Shown here: positions 28,458 to 37,794 of the stretch, in pieces | Position numbering within the stretch: position 1 is the stretch's first letter | Layout of the letters: each line of letters opens with the position of its first letter | NCBI GenBank assembly: GCA_964399295.1 | Contig: CAYNQD010000001.1 | Location: 463,672 to 527,671 of the forward strand | DNA length: 64,000 nt | DNA from: an uncultured Candidatus Saccharibacteria bacterium | Lineage (GTDB): Bacteria > Patescibacteriota > Minisyncoccia > Phycocordibacterales > UBA918 | Reading direction: 5' to 3' | Program-made: the position numbers and the translations under genes | Notes under the pieces: generated by a model | Database searches by the model: none | What the model was told of the DNA's origin: nothing | What the model saw: only the letters and a program-made list of their open reading frames with translations

Positions 28458-30539
28458 ATGCTTACCGCTGAAGCTGCCCTTGCCATCTTCACGATGTTTG
28501 GTATTTCCAGTCTGGCTGTTTTTTGGGCTAAGAGATTTAGACTTCCGCATACTGTTTTTTTAGTCATTATCGGCCTTTTAATTGGTTTCATATCACAGAT
28601 TTCCTATTTTGGATTTTTTAGAGAATTTACCTTTACTCCAGAATTATTATTCTTCTTGTTGTTGCCAACTCTCATTTTTGAATCAGCCTACAACATAAAC
28701 ATCAGAAGAATCGTTGATGATTTTGGAGCAATAATGTTGCTGGCGATATTGGGCTTGGTGGTATCCACCGTGGTTATCGCCATAGCCTTATATTTCCTTC
28801 TGGGTCTTCTGGGACTATACGTGCCATTTATTGTTACCTTGCTATTTGGTGCTTTGATTTCCGCCACCGACCCGGTAGCGGTTTTGGCTTTATTTAAAGA
28901 ATTTGGCGCTCCTCGTCGCCTGTCACTAATATTTGAAGGCGAGAGCCTGTTTAATGATGCTACGGCCGTAGCTTTATTTTTCATTCTGCTGGGGGTGGCT
29001 GAGCTGGGCTTTAATGGAGTCAGTACCATTATCGACGGAACTATCACTTTCACTTCTATGTTGGTGGGCGGTGTGATTTTTGGTGTGATTATCGGTCTTA
29101 TCTTCGCCAAGCTCATTGGCTACACCAGAGACAATGAAATCGCCAGCATTACCCTGACCATCGTGCTTGCTCACGTTACTTTTCTACTATCAGAAATACT
29201 TTCACATCATTTGGTTTTGGGTTCGCAACATTTACCGATTTCACCGATTATCGCTACCACTGTTGCCTCCCTACTGATGGGTAATTATGGTAGAAGCAAG
29301 ATTCATCCCAAAGCCGAAGAATTTGTCGAAAAATTATGGGCGCAATTGGCTTTTCTGTCTAATTCATTGATATTTATTCTGATTGGAATTCTTGCCGTGC
29401 CAATAATGAAACTAGACTTCACCATGCTGACCATTATTATTTCCACCGTCTTGATAGTGGCTGTGGCTAGAGCTGTGTCTATTTATCCCGTGGTTGGTGC
29501 TTATAATAAAGTTGTCACCGATGAAAACAATATACCTATGTCTTGGCAACATCTTCTGTCTTGGGGATCATTGCGTGGCGCGATTGCCGTCACTATGGTG
29601 CTGCTCATACCAGATGAACTGGTCGTTGACGGTTGGAATTTGGCGATTTCACCGAAGGAATTTCTACTTTCTTTGACCATTGGTTGCATCTTCGCCACTC
29701 TCTTTATAAAAGCCACCACCATGAAGCGCTTTATGAATAAGCTGGACCTGGATTCACTAACCAAGCTTGAGGAGGTAGAGATTCAAGAAGCCAGAGCCAT
29801 CATCCATCACGAGGTCAACGAAAGAATTGCCGTGTATCAAGCTCGTGGTTATATTGATACTCCCGTGGCCAACGAGCTGACGAAGTCACATCAAGAGCAA
29901 TACGAAAGAGCCTGTCTAGAACTATCCTCTCCCAGTACTAAAGAATTGTCACTTAGAGTACTGCGCATGTATGCTATTGGTATCGAAAAAAAGCATCTGA
30001 AAGAACTTTATCATCACAATGAAGTTAGTGAGCTTGTCTACCGAAGATTATCCGGAAAATTGCAATTGCAATTGGAAGCGATTGAAAATGGCAACCTAGC
30101 ACCCGATATGTCACTACATACCGACAAAAAAGACATCTTTGACCGCCTGGAAACATTTATCTTCAAACTAATAGGCAAAGATAACAGCCGGCAAAGTGTT
30201 GATGATTTATACATGTATTACCGAGCACAGATGATTATATCAAGAAAAGTTTTGAAAGAATTGACAGCCATAGACGCGCTTAGTGCTGAACATATTTTCT
30301 CCAAAGAAGCTCTGAATCATGTCATAAATCTTTACACTACCTTTAAAGAAAAATCACAAAAAAAGATGGAAGACACCGCTACCACTTTTGCTGACCACTA
30401 TCATAAATTATCGTATGCCCTAGCCACGCATGGTGTTAGCAAAATCCAGGAAAACGTTCTCCATGAATTATACGAAAGAGAATTGATCACCCCTAAATTG
30501 TACATAACTTTATCTGAAGAAATGAGTGATAAGAAGTGA
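28458..30539 (+). CDS. CPA1 family Na+(K+)/H+ antiporter (NhaP-type) with C-terminal cytoplasmic domain
   Basis: About 12 TM helices with antiporter signatures (LFGALISATDPVAV, FEGESLFNDATAVALF), then a soluble C-terminal domain. Confidence 0.75.
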   Translation: MLTAEAALAIFTMFGISSLAVFWAKRFRLPHTVFLVIIGLLIGFISQISYFGFFREFTFTPELLFFLLLPTLIFESAYNINIRRIVDDFGAIMLLAILGLVVSTVVIAIALYFLLGLLGLYVPFIVTLLFGALISATDPVAVLALFKEFGAPRRLSLIFEGESLFNDATAVALFFILLGVAELGFNGVSTIIDGTITFTSMLVGGVIFGVIIGLIFAKLIGYTRDNEIASITLTIVLAHVTFLLSEILSHHLVLGSQHLPISPIIATTVASLLMGNYGRSKIHPKAEEFVEKLWAQLAFLSNSLIFILIGILAVPIMKLDFTMLTIIISTVLIVAVARAVSIYPVVGAYNKVVTDENNIPMSWQHLLSWGSLRGAIAVTMVLLIPDELVVDGWNLAISPKEFLLSLTIGCIFATLFIKATTMKRFMNKLDLDSLTKLEEVEIQEARAIIHHEVNERIAVYQARGYIDTPVANELTKSHQEQYERACLELSSPSTKELSLRVLRMYAIGIEKKHLKELYHHNEVSELVYRRLSGKLQLQLEAIENGNLAPDMSLHTDKKDIFDRLETFIFKLIGKDNSRQSVDDLYMYYRAQMIISRKVLKELTAIDALSAEHIFSKEALNHVINLYTTFKEKSQKKMEDTATTFADHYHKLSYALATHGVSKIQENVLHELYERELITPKLYITLSEEMSDKK

Positions 30540-30578
30540 CTTGCAATTATTGCTCATACGTTACATTATTATAGGTAT

Positions 30579-31376
30579 ATGAATAAAACAATATTTTTTA
30601 TCGTACTGGTAGTGGCCTTTGGAGCAGTTGCATTTTTACTATCCAACAACCAAACAGTTACCGACCCCACAAGCAAAAACATTGACCTAATGGAAAACGG
30701 CAATCAGACCGAGATCGTCGCTGAGCGGGTGGAATACTTCCCCGGCGCTGAGGGTTATTTTGTCCGACCAGCTGATGATGGCCAATATCCCGGCGTAGTC
30801 GTGATCCACGAAAATCGCGGTTTGCGTCCGGAGATTCTTCAGACTGCCGAAGCACTGGCCCGCGAAGGCTACTTGGTACTGGCTGTTGATCTCTTGGGTG
30901 GAGTAGCAGAAGATCAAGCTGGAGCCAGAGAGCTGACCGCGGCATTTTCTCAAGACACCGGCACAGCCAATATGCGCGCGGCCGCCGCTTACTTGCGCGA
31001 ACAAGGAGCAAGCCGCCTTGCCTCGCTTGGCTGGTGTTTTGGTGGTCGGCAATCGGTGGAGTTGGCCATTTCGGGTGAAGAGCTTGATGCGACTGTCGTG
31101 TATTATGGTGGTGGCATGGCGACCACAACCGAACGCCTAGCTACCATAAACTGGCCAGTGCTAGGAATCTTCGGCGACCAAGATCAGGCTATACCGGTAG
31201 AAACCGTCCAGGCTTTTGAAAATTCATTAAACGAACTTGAAATAGAAAACGAAATCTACATTTACCCTGGAGTCGGCCATGCCTTTGCCAATCCTTCCGG
31301 TGCCAACTACGCTCCCACGGAGACTATAGACGCATGGGAAAAGACCTTGTCATTCTTGAATCGACATTTGCGATAG
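30579..31376 (+). CDS. dienelactone hydrolase family protein (secreted)
   Basis: DLH motifs (GVVVIHENRGL; GWCFGG; GVGHAF). Confidence 0.7.
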   Translation: MNKTIFFIVLVVAFGAVAFLLSNNQTVTDPTSKNIDLMENGNQTEIVAERVEYFPGAEGYFVRPADDGQYPGVVVIHENRGLRPEILQTAEALAREGYLVLAVDLLGGVAEDQAGARELTAAFSQDTGTANMRAAAAYLREQGASRLASLGWCFGGRQSVELAISGEELDATVVYYGGGMATTTERLATINWPVLGIFGDQDQAIPVETVQAFENSLNELEIENEIYIYPGVGHAFANPSGANYAPTETIDAWEKTLSFLNRHLR

Positions 31377-31635
31377 AGCTTTGGTTTGGGAAAAGATTAC
31401 GTTTGGTTCTTTTTACCAATATGGAAGTATATTATAACTCAATAGTCATAATTTAACCCATTGCCTGAATTTGCTATAATTGTCACACAATGCCAGCGCG
31501 TACATTCAGTCAAAAAGTTCTCAATTTTTATGACAACCTTCAACTACCAGAAACCGAAGGATTTGGAGTCGAAGTCATAAACCCTCATTCAGAATCAATC
31601 ACCAAACACTGCGTAAATACTTTTTATGAGACTTT

Positions 31636-32895
31636 CTATAACGAGTCGTCCGATGTCAGGTACTCGTCGCTATGCTTTTTCATCTGTTCAATAACTCCAG
31701 TTCTGAAGTTGTATTCTATGGTCATGATCGGCCCGTCGTCATTGTTCAGCCTATTATTTTTTCTGTCTATGGTCGGGACATTGCGGAAGGATAATATCTC
31801 GATTTCGCCCCGTTTCATTTGGTTGATATAGGAAGTGCTCGTTCCCACGCAGTGATCCATGTACTCCGACTCTTCTTCCAGGTGCGGCATATTCAGGAGG
31901 CGCGCCACATAATACTTGCCGGACTTGGTGGTGAAAAAATTTTCCCACGGATTAAATCCCTCGCCCGTTTGTTCGGCCTTGCGTTTGCGTATCTCGGCAA
32001 TCTTTATGAGCGTTTTTTCTTCGTGGACTTCAAACAGGCGATGAAGCGAACCTTTGTCGGTGCTGATAAATTTTGGAGATTCTATGATGGCGTCGTAAAG
32101 CACATTCGCATCAACGGCGTCGTTATTTTGAAAATGTCTGGCAATCTTTAGTTTGAGAACCGCCTTCTGGCGTTCGCCAAACACAAAAGGCTTTTCGTCC
32201 TCGCCTTGCGCCGCCTCCCTCTCAACCGCCTTAAGACGCTCTGCAAGCGTGTTGAAGGTGTCGTTCATGAGACGCTCTTTCCCCGCGCGTTCCTGCTCGG
32301 AAAAAGTGCCGAGCGTTTTCTGATATTCCTGATTGATCTTGGCAAGATATTTCTGTTCAAATGCTGCAATCTGCTCCCGTTCCACTTGTTCAGGCGACTT
32401 CTGGTCTACCAGTTTCTTCTCGAAAAAGTCCGCGCTCATGCCGCCCATATCATCCGTACGGATTCTTTCAAAACCATAGCGCTCCAGGATCCGATTCAGT
32501 CGAGCGTTCCAGTCGTGGAAATTCAATCCGGTATACCCTTGCGTTTTCGCATACTCCAAAAATGCTGGGATTTCCCGAAAAAGATTCTTCCCCGTTGATT
32601 TCGTTGTACCGAAATATTTTATATACGCTTCATGTGGAATGAAGTCCTCGCAAGCGATGTATCCGGAAACATCGCCATCTTCGTCAGATATGATTCGGTT
32701 AAGAGGATGGCCGTTTTCGAGCGTGCGGATAACATCCGGGACTGCAAGTTCTCTGACGATTTCCTCCACTTCTTCTATACCCAAGGTGATTTGGCGGATA
32801 TCCTGCTTCTGTTCTTCCGACAAGACCAGCCGTTCGTTCGATTTTTCTTTCTCCTGAGCGTATAGGGTGCTTTTTCCATATTCTGATTTTAGCAA
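31636..32895 (-). CDS. hypothetical protein (419 aa); C-terminal HCVG-containing region possibly PcfJ-like
   Basis: C-terminal motif YMDHCVGTSTSY; N-terminal segment ends ...RYGFERI (GNAT-like?). Tentative. Confidence 0.35.
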   Translation of the reverse strand: MLKSEYGKSTLYAQEKEKSNERLVLSEEQKQDIRQITLGIEEVEEIVRELAVPDVIRTLENGHPLNRIISDEDGDVSGYIACEDFIPHEAYIKYFGTTKSTGKNLFREIPAFLEYAKTQGYTGLNFHDWNARLNRILERYGFERIRTDDMGGMSADFFEKKLVDQKSPEQVEREQIAAFEQKYLAKINQEYQKTLGTFSEQERAGKERLMNDTFNTLAERLKAVEREAAQGEDEKPFVFGERQKAVLKLKIARHFQNNDAVDANVLYDAIIESPKFISTDKGSLHRLFEVHEEKTLIKIAEIRKRKAEQTGEGFNPWENFFTTKSGKYYVARLLNMPHLEEESEYMDHCVGTSTSYINQMKRGEIEILSFRNVPTIDRKNNRLNNDDGPIMTIEYNFRTGVIEQMKKHSDEYLTSDDSL

Positions 32896-32960
32896 AAATG
32901 AGCACTTTTCGCTATACTGATTTCAGATTGGGCTCTAGATTTTTCAAAAATCAGCAAAAA

Positions 32961-33059
32961 CTCGAGCCCATGACTCATTCTCAGGATACGTTGCAAAATA
33001 TAGCGATTTTAGGAGACTCGATAGTTCTCACATGACTGCTGACAGTCAGAGTCGTACAC
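32961..33059. repeat. island repeat copy A: conserved ~60-bp block (gagcccatgact..ttgcaaaatatagcgattttaggagactcgatag.tctcac) followed by a degenerate tRNA-Gln 3-prime-end remnant (atgactgctgacagtcagagtcgtacac)
   Basis: Aligned by eye to copies B, C and D. Confidence 0.7.
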
Positions 33060-33198
33060 TTGTGTGGTGAGACACCGTAAGCACATTATGTGAGTTGGTA
33101 TATGGCTTCAACTAGGCGTCTAATTGTGAATGATACAAATGAGACACAAAACACCCGTTTCGGTCTATGTATCATTAAATATAGAGCGTATTATGAAC

Positions 33199-34929
33199 TC
33201 ATACAATAAGTACATCGCCGTATATTTCCAAGAAAAGACTGGCAACTTTATTTTTCTGTTTAACTGAAACTGTTTTCACTCCTTGTTGTTTTTTGCTATA
33301 TAACTCGTTTATACTTTCAATAATTTCACCTTGTACTAGACGAATGAAATCACCAACCCTATCAGCATCTTTATCTATGAAATTAACTGCATTGCCATCA
33401 TTTATTAGATAGACACTCTTATTATCAAGTAAAATCTCAGAAACAAACTCATCGCTTCTAATAATTGTGCAAGCACTATTATCTTCACACTTAAAACCAA
33501 ACTCATCTTCTGAAGAAGTGACTGAGGCAACAAATGATCCTGATTGCAGATTCTTCAGATCATCAAGCGTTAGAGAGCGCGAACCAGTGGCAGAAAACAA
33601 TATATTGATAGCTTTAATAAGTTCACCCTTTTGCATCGGGATACAGCCATCTTTCATTGCTTCAACTAATTTTAATGGGTCTGTGTCAAATACAAATGGT
33701 TTGCAATTTTGATTAAAAAGATATTTTGCAATTCCTTTGCCTAGTTTTCCATATCCCAATATACCTGTTTTTACATATCTTGGTAATACACGATATTTTC
33801 GAGTAATCATTTCTGTATAATATGCGACACTATATCCGACCAAATCATCTTCATTTTGCTTTAATTCACTTCGAGCAACAGAAAAAACAGGAATTGTAGG
33901 GCTGATATGTGTGAATAATTTTTCATATTTCTGAAGACCATTTTCGGTATCCTCGACAATGCCTAAAATTTGCGAGTTATTAGCACAAAAATCAAGGAAC
34001 TCTTCCGTCGCAAAATATCCTCCAATGTCGATAATTAGACTTTTCTGATTTTTCGGAAATAGTTGTGATAATACTGTCTGACCCTTCAACTCTTCACGGG
34101 ATACCTGAGCGAAGTTAAAGTCCTGGATTGCCCCACGCACCAGTTCCGATATTGAGTTTGGTTTGGGAATTATTGTTAATGATTTAACTTTATTTTTAAG
34201 CACAGATATAAAAGGGACTATGTCTGTAACGATATGTTGTACAGCAATCACACTGCAGTCACTCAAATCATATTCACTGAGCAACCGTTCAAAATAAATA
34301 TAGTCACGCTTTTTGGAAACAAACATCTCAACCTTCTTGGCCACTCGTGACAAACTTTCATCTTTAATAAATATTTCTGTGATTGGCACAAAATCGTAGC
34401 CATCGATCTCCTCTTCTGAGATTAGTCCTTGATTATAATTCTTTAAGACGAAAACGTAGCGGAGATCAAAATGGAGATGTTCTGGCTCGCCCTTTTTAGG
34501 ATTTTCTGGAATAACATGAATATCAATATCAATTGGTACATCGGTTCCTTTAAAAGCGGGGATGTACATTAAATCTATAAACCCGGTCTCTTCCGCCACC
34601 TCTCTTTTAGCAGTTTCATAAAAAGAAGAGTCAGTCTCATCAACATGCCCGCCGGGCTGGATAAATTTGCCGAGCTTTTTATGTTTAATTAGGAGTATTT
34701 TGGAAAGAGTTGGGTCAAGCACAATGGCACTGGCAGTGATATGTCCAAAGGTATTTTTTCTAGAAATAACAGAAGAGTTTGTGTAAAATAATTTTGATAG
34801 TTTTTCGTCTATCTCAATTGTTGGATAAACATGCAAATATTCTTTGACTATTTTATTTACATAAACACGAGTATCTTGGTCATTAGAAAACATGTTGCTT
34901 ATTTTAATATAGATAATATAAATAAACAA
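33199..34929 (-). CDS. fusion protein: N-terminal NUDIX hydrolase domain plus S-adenosyl-L-homocysteine-hydrolase-like (SAHH-fold, NAD-binding) domain; probable start at the internal Met (about 34893)
   Basis: Nudix box GGHVDETDSSFYETAKREVAEETG. C-terminal blocks parallel SAHH (IDIGGY ~ DDGGD; VEDTENGLQKY ~ TEETTTGVHRL; GILGYGKLGKGIAKYL..DTDPLKLVEAMKDG ~ GYGDVGKGCA..EIDPINALQAAMEG; ILFSATGSRSL ~ IFVTATGNKDI). Confidence 0.6.
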   Translation of the reverse strand: MFIYIIYIKISNMFSNDQDTRVYVNKIVKEYLHVYPTIEIDEKLSKLFYTNSSVISRKNTFGHITASAIVLDPTLSKILLIKHKKLGKFIQPGGHVDETDSSFYETAKREVAEETGFIDLMYIPAFKGTDVPIDIDIHVIPENPKKGEPEHLHFDLRYVFVLKNYNQGLISEEEIDGYDFVPITEIFIKDESLSRVAKKVEMFVSKKRDYIYFERLLSEYDLSDCSVIAVQHIVTDIVPFISVLKNKVKSLTIIPKPNSISELVRGAIQDFNFAQVSREELKGQTVLSQLFPKNQKSLIIDIGGYFATEEFLDFCANNSQILGIVEDTENGLQKYEKLFTHISPTIPVFSVARSELKQNEDDLVGYSVAYYTEMITRKYRVLPRYVKTGILGYGKLGKGIAKYLFNQNCKPFVFDTDPLKLVEAMKDGCIPMQKGELIKAINILFSATGSRSLTLDDLKNLQSGSFVASVTSSEDEFGFKCEDNSACTIIRSDEFVSEILLDNKSVYLINDGNAVNFIDKDADRVGDFIRLVQGEIIESINELYSKKQQGVKTVSVKQKNKVASLFLEIYGDVLIV

Positions 34930-34931
34930 AG

Positions 34932-35031
34932 CTCGAGCCCATGACTCGTTCTGAAACTACATTGCAAAATATAGCGATTTTAGGAGACTCGATAGGTCTC
35001 ACTACTCTGCTGTGTCCCGCGGTCTAGAACC
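34932..35031. repeat. island repeat copy B (conserved block plus degenerate tRNA-Gln 3-prime remnant tgctgtgtcccgcggtctagaacc)
   Basis: Near-identical core ttgcaaaatatagcgattttaggagactcgatag shared with copy A. Confidence 0.7.
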
Positions 35032-35098
35032 TTTTGCGGTGACAGGCCATAAGGATATTCTGATAAAGATTCCTATACCAAACTGATCTGTCTCGGTC

Positions 35099-35887
35099 TT
35101 AGACACTCTTTCTCAAATTTTCGTATAGATCAATAATATTATCTTTCTCGTTGTTTGTGGCATACTCTTTCCACGCAGATAGATTTTGTCTTGCAGTTTC
35201 AATAAGACGAGAATGATATCTCTCTACTGCCCCTGACATAAAATATCCATTGTCTCCGTTTATTCTCAACCTCAACTCCTCATCGGCAGATAAATAAATA
35301 AGGGAATGTAGGAGCCATTTTTCTTCCTCTGTTTTAGATTCGTTAAACTGCTCTTCTGTAAGCACGTGGAGAAATTCATGACAGAGACCGATAAGCTGAT
35401 AATTATCGTAAAGGTCAGGATTGCCCCATTCGATTACATTGTTACCAATATAGCTACCTGTCTCAATCTCTGGATGCAAGACCAGCACGATCGCCTCTGC
35501 AGAAGTATTCAGGCGAATTATATCCTCGTATTTCTGGACATACGCGGTATTTTCATTCCATAATTTCTCCAACCGATTCTTATAGCCATCGGTTTCTGAA
35601 TATCCTTTTTTGAATACTTCAGATTCAAAAATAGATTCAAATACTCTGTCTACGGTATCTTTATCTCGAATGACCGTACTACCTTGCGACCACTGATTAA
35701 ACCACAGCAATCCATGCCCTACGTCAGCAGGCTCAAAGAATAAAAAGCCCGGATACGCCTCATATTTTTCTGCAAGACTTCTTTTTAGTTCAGCCCATTC
35801 CGAAGGAGCATCGGGGTTGCCGAAATATTTCAATACGTATTTATATGCAAGATGATATTTATCTACTTTGAATTCCAACTTAAGCAT
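35099..35887 (-). CDS. hypothetical protein with HExxH zinc-metallopeptidase-like motif
   Basis: Motif LCHEFLHVL; no further family assignment possible. Confidence 0.45.
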   Translation of the reverse strand: MLKLEFKVDKYHLAYKYVLKYFGNPDAPSEWAELKRSLAEKYEAYPGFLFFEPADVGHGLLWFNQWSQGSTVIRDKDTVDRVFESIFESEVFKKGYSETDGYKNRLEKLWNENTAYVQKYEDIIRLNTSAEAIVLVLHPEIETGSYIGNNVIEWGNPDLYDNYQLIGLCHEFLHVLTEEQFNESKTEEEKWLLHSLIYLSADEELRLRINGDNGYFMSGAVERYHSRLIETARQNLSAWKEYATNNEKDNIIDLYENLRKSV

Positions 35888-35918
35888 CTATTCAATTTTA
35901 GCTTACTTATCAACTTTC

Positions 35919-35987
35919 AGATAGCGAGTTACCTCCTTTCAAGGTGTCTCGGTCTCTTAATGACTGCTGGCTGTCACGGATGTGAAC
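35919..35987. repeat. island repeat copy D (degenerate): tagcgag..gtgtctcggtctcttaatgactgctggctgtcacggatgtgaacc
   Basis: The reverse complement ggttcacatccgtgacagccagca parallels the tRNA-Gln T-arm/acceptor ggttcgagtccttgtcgggcagca. Confidence 0.55.
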
Positions 35988-36114
35988 CTACGTGGCAAGG
36001 CACCGTAAGGGTATTATCTCATCCCTTCTACCCCTTGTGCGAGGTGTCTCGGTCTCTGGGGTGTTTTTATGAATGATACAGATGAGACACAAAACACCAG
36101 TCTCGGTCTATGTC

Positions 36115-36249
36115 TCATTTACGCTTCGGACGAGACTTTCGAGCTGATTTGACTTTTTCCCGACGGATTCGACGAGCTTCATCCTTGGCTTTTCGCTCCT
36201 CCTCACGCTGTGCCATCTCTTCGGGAGGAACCACACGGAGATGATCCAT
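36115..36249 (-). CDS. small basic ORF (44 aa, MDHLRVVPPEEMAQREEERKAKDEARRIRREKVKSARKSRPKRK); speculative
   Basis: Manual translation; below the ORF-track cutoff; lies in the GC-rich segment and overlaps the conserved hairpin motif. Confidence 0.2.
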   Translation of the reverse strand: MDHLRVVPPEEMAQREEERKAKDEARRIRREKVKSARKSRPKRK

Positions 36250-36382
36250 GATCTTGTTCCCCTTATTCCCTTTAGAGCATAGTTACATAAAAGAAAGATC
36301 CTCCGCGAAATTTTTTCGCGGAGGATCAAGTATTCAAGAGGACACGAATGCTGGGAGCATTCGCTGTCGAGCCCTCAAGGGA

Positions 36383-37192
36383 TCAAGAACACTTCCTGGC
36401 AGCCGACAACCCGACGCCGTCGTTGCGGTTGACGCCCCAATAGCTGCCGACGTAGAGCCCGTAGGAATCGAAGCTGCCGACGTAGACACGGTCACCGTCC
36501 GAGCCGAGACTGGATGTCCTAACGTAGATGCTTTCGAAGAGTCGGACACCACGAACCTCGAAATAAGTCGTGGTGAACCAGCTCATCTCGGCGGCGTTCG
36601 GCACCTTCTCGAGTGCGGAGAGAAGCTTGCCCTGCTCGTTCCACGTCTTGCTGGTCGAGTTTTGGATGGGCGTCTTCTTGATCATGAGCCACCCGAAAGA
36701 CGTCTTGTCCTCGCGGGCGAACTTCTGATCGGCATACCACCCACCCGTCTTCGAGTAGAAGTGGGCGGATTGGATCTCCCGAACGTCGAGCAGTGACATC
36801 GCCGTGGGCGGTGCGGGCATGACGGCGTAACCGTTTTCCTTGCACCACTTGAGCACGTCCAAGGGCGGCAGACTTTCGGCGAGTGCCGTGATCTGTTCGA
36901 CGGTGTAAACGATGCTCGGGCGAGCCTCGGTGACTTCCTCGGGCGTAATGAAATCCGCGGCGAGGATTGACTGTGCCAGACCGTAGTCGGGCGCTTTGGC
37001 TGAGAAGCGACGGATGCCTTCTGCGAGATACACGGCGAAGCCGGGATGCTCGTTCAGGATCTGTGCGCTTTCGTCGTTGAGTCCCGCCTTGTTGTATTGG
37101 GCGCGGAACGTTTCGGTAGCTCTCTGTCCTTTCGGACTGTCTGCGGTTACCAGTGCAGACGTGTTCAATGTTTTCATCGACATCATCTCCAT
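36383..37192 (-). CDS. DGR target (variable) protein; C-terminal variable region VR at 36395..36509
   Basis: The last ~38 codons (..LGSDGDRVYVGSFDSYGLYVGSYWGVNRNDGVGLSAAR) are a 115-bp near-repeat of the TR at 37632..37746, with mismatches concentrated at TR adenines. GC-rich relative to its surroundings. Confidence 0.75.
   Translation of the reverse strand: MEMMSMKTLNTSALVTADSPKGQRATETFRAQYNKAGLNDESAQILNEHPGFAVYLAEGIRRFSAKAPDYGLAQSILAADFITPEEVTEARPSIVYTVEQITALAESLPPLDVLKWCKENGYAVMPAPPTAMSLLDVREIQSAHFYSKTGGWYADQKFAREDKTSFGWLMIKKTPIQNSTSKTWNEQGKLLSALEKVPNAAEMSWFTTTYFEVRGVRLFESIYVRTSSLGSDGDRVYVGSFDSYGLYVGSYWGVNRNDGVGLSAARKCS
36395..36509 (-). repeat. DGR variable region (VR)
   Basis: 115 bp; 14 mismatches against TR, 12 at positions where TR has A. 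The identical GC-rich 3-prime end gcgtcgggttgtcggctgccagg (IMH-like) is followed by an 8-bp-stem/3-nt-loop hairpin cgaatgct-ggg-agcattcg at 36346..36364. Confidence 0.75.
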
Positions 37193-37631
37193 TTGCTGAT
37201 TTACCGAGAACGCTCGGAACGACTTGCCTCAGTTTGAGACGAGCTTTCTAGGCCCTGAATGTAAGGCTCAAAAAGCTCGTCTCAACAATGATTCTCTATC
37301 AAAGAACACCCATATAGTATAGCAAATAAATGGCTATTTGTCAATGATTTTGGCGACCTGTCGACTATCGGTTATACTATGAATATCATGCTAATGTAGC
37401 TTGGATTACGGTTCAAGCTCGCGAGATATCTCACCTTGAGATATCGCCAGATTGCCAGTGGTTTATGGATCACGGCAGAGCGCGATTAAGGATAGAGAGA
37501 ACTTCTTGCTCGCTTCTAGAGGAGATGCTTTGAAAGAGGCTGCTTCCGAATAAAATTCAGAGATGAGAGGATATAGACCTGCAAAGGTAGTAAGCCTCAA
37601 GTCTCGGTGACATAGACGGAAGCGGGCAATA

Positions 37632-37746
37632 TCTCGACTCGGACGGTAACCGTGTCAACGTCGGCAACTTCGATTCCGACGGGCTCAACGTCAACGGCTA
37701 TTGGGACGACAACCGCAACGACAGCGTCGGGTTGTCGGCTGCCAGG
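37632..37746 (+). repeat. DGR template region (TR), rich in AAC codons
   Basis: TR sense (+ strand) matches the reverse complement of VR. TR AAC/GAC/AGC codons correspond to TAC/GGC/AGC/GAC/GTC in VR. Confidence 0.75.
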
Positions 37747-37794
37747 CAGTCAAACTCTATCCAAGGAAACTCCCGTCAAAAACGGGAGTTTCTG

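Noticed and set aside
30658-31128. 156-aa and 121-aa antisense ORFs inside the dienelactone hydrolase gene
   Set aside because: Arg/Gln-rich low-complexity translations antisense to a gene with clear catalytic motifs.
36248-36848. ORFs 36248..36796 (+), 36334..36552 (-) and 36519..36848 (-) overlapping the DGR target gene
   Set aside because: They come from the high-GC segment, where stop codons are rare in all frames. The minus-strand 36383..37192 frame is the only one carrying the VR/TR-consistent codon structure.
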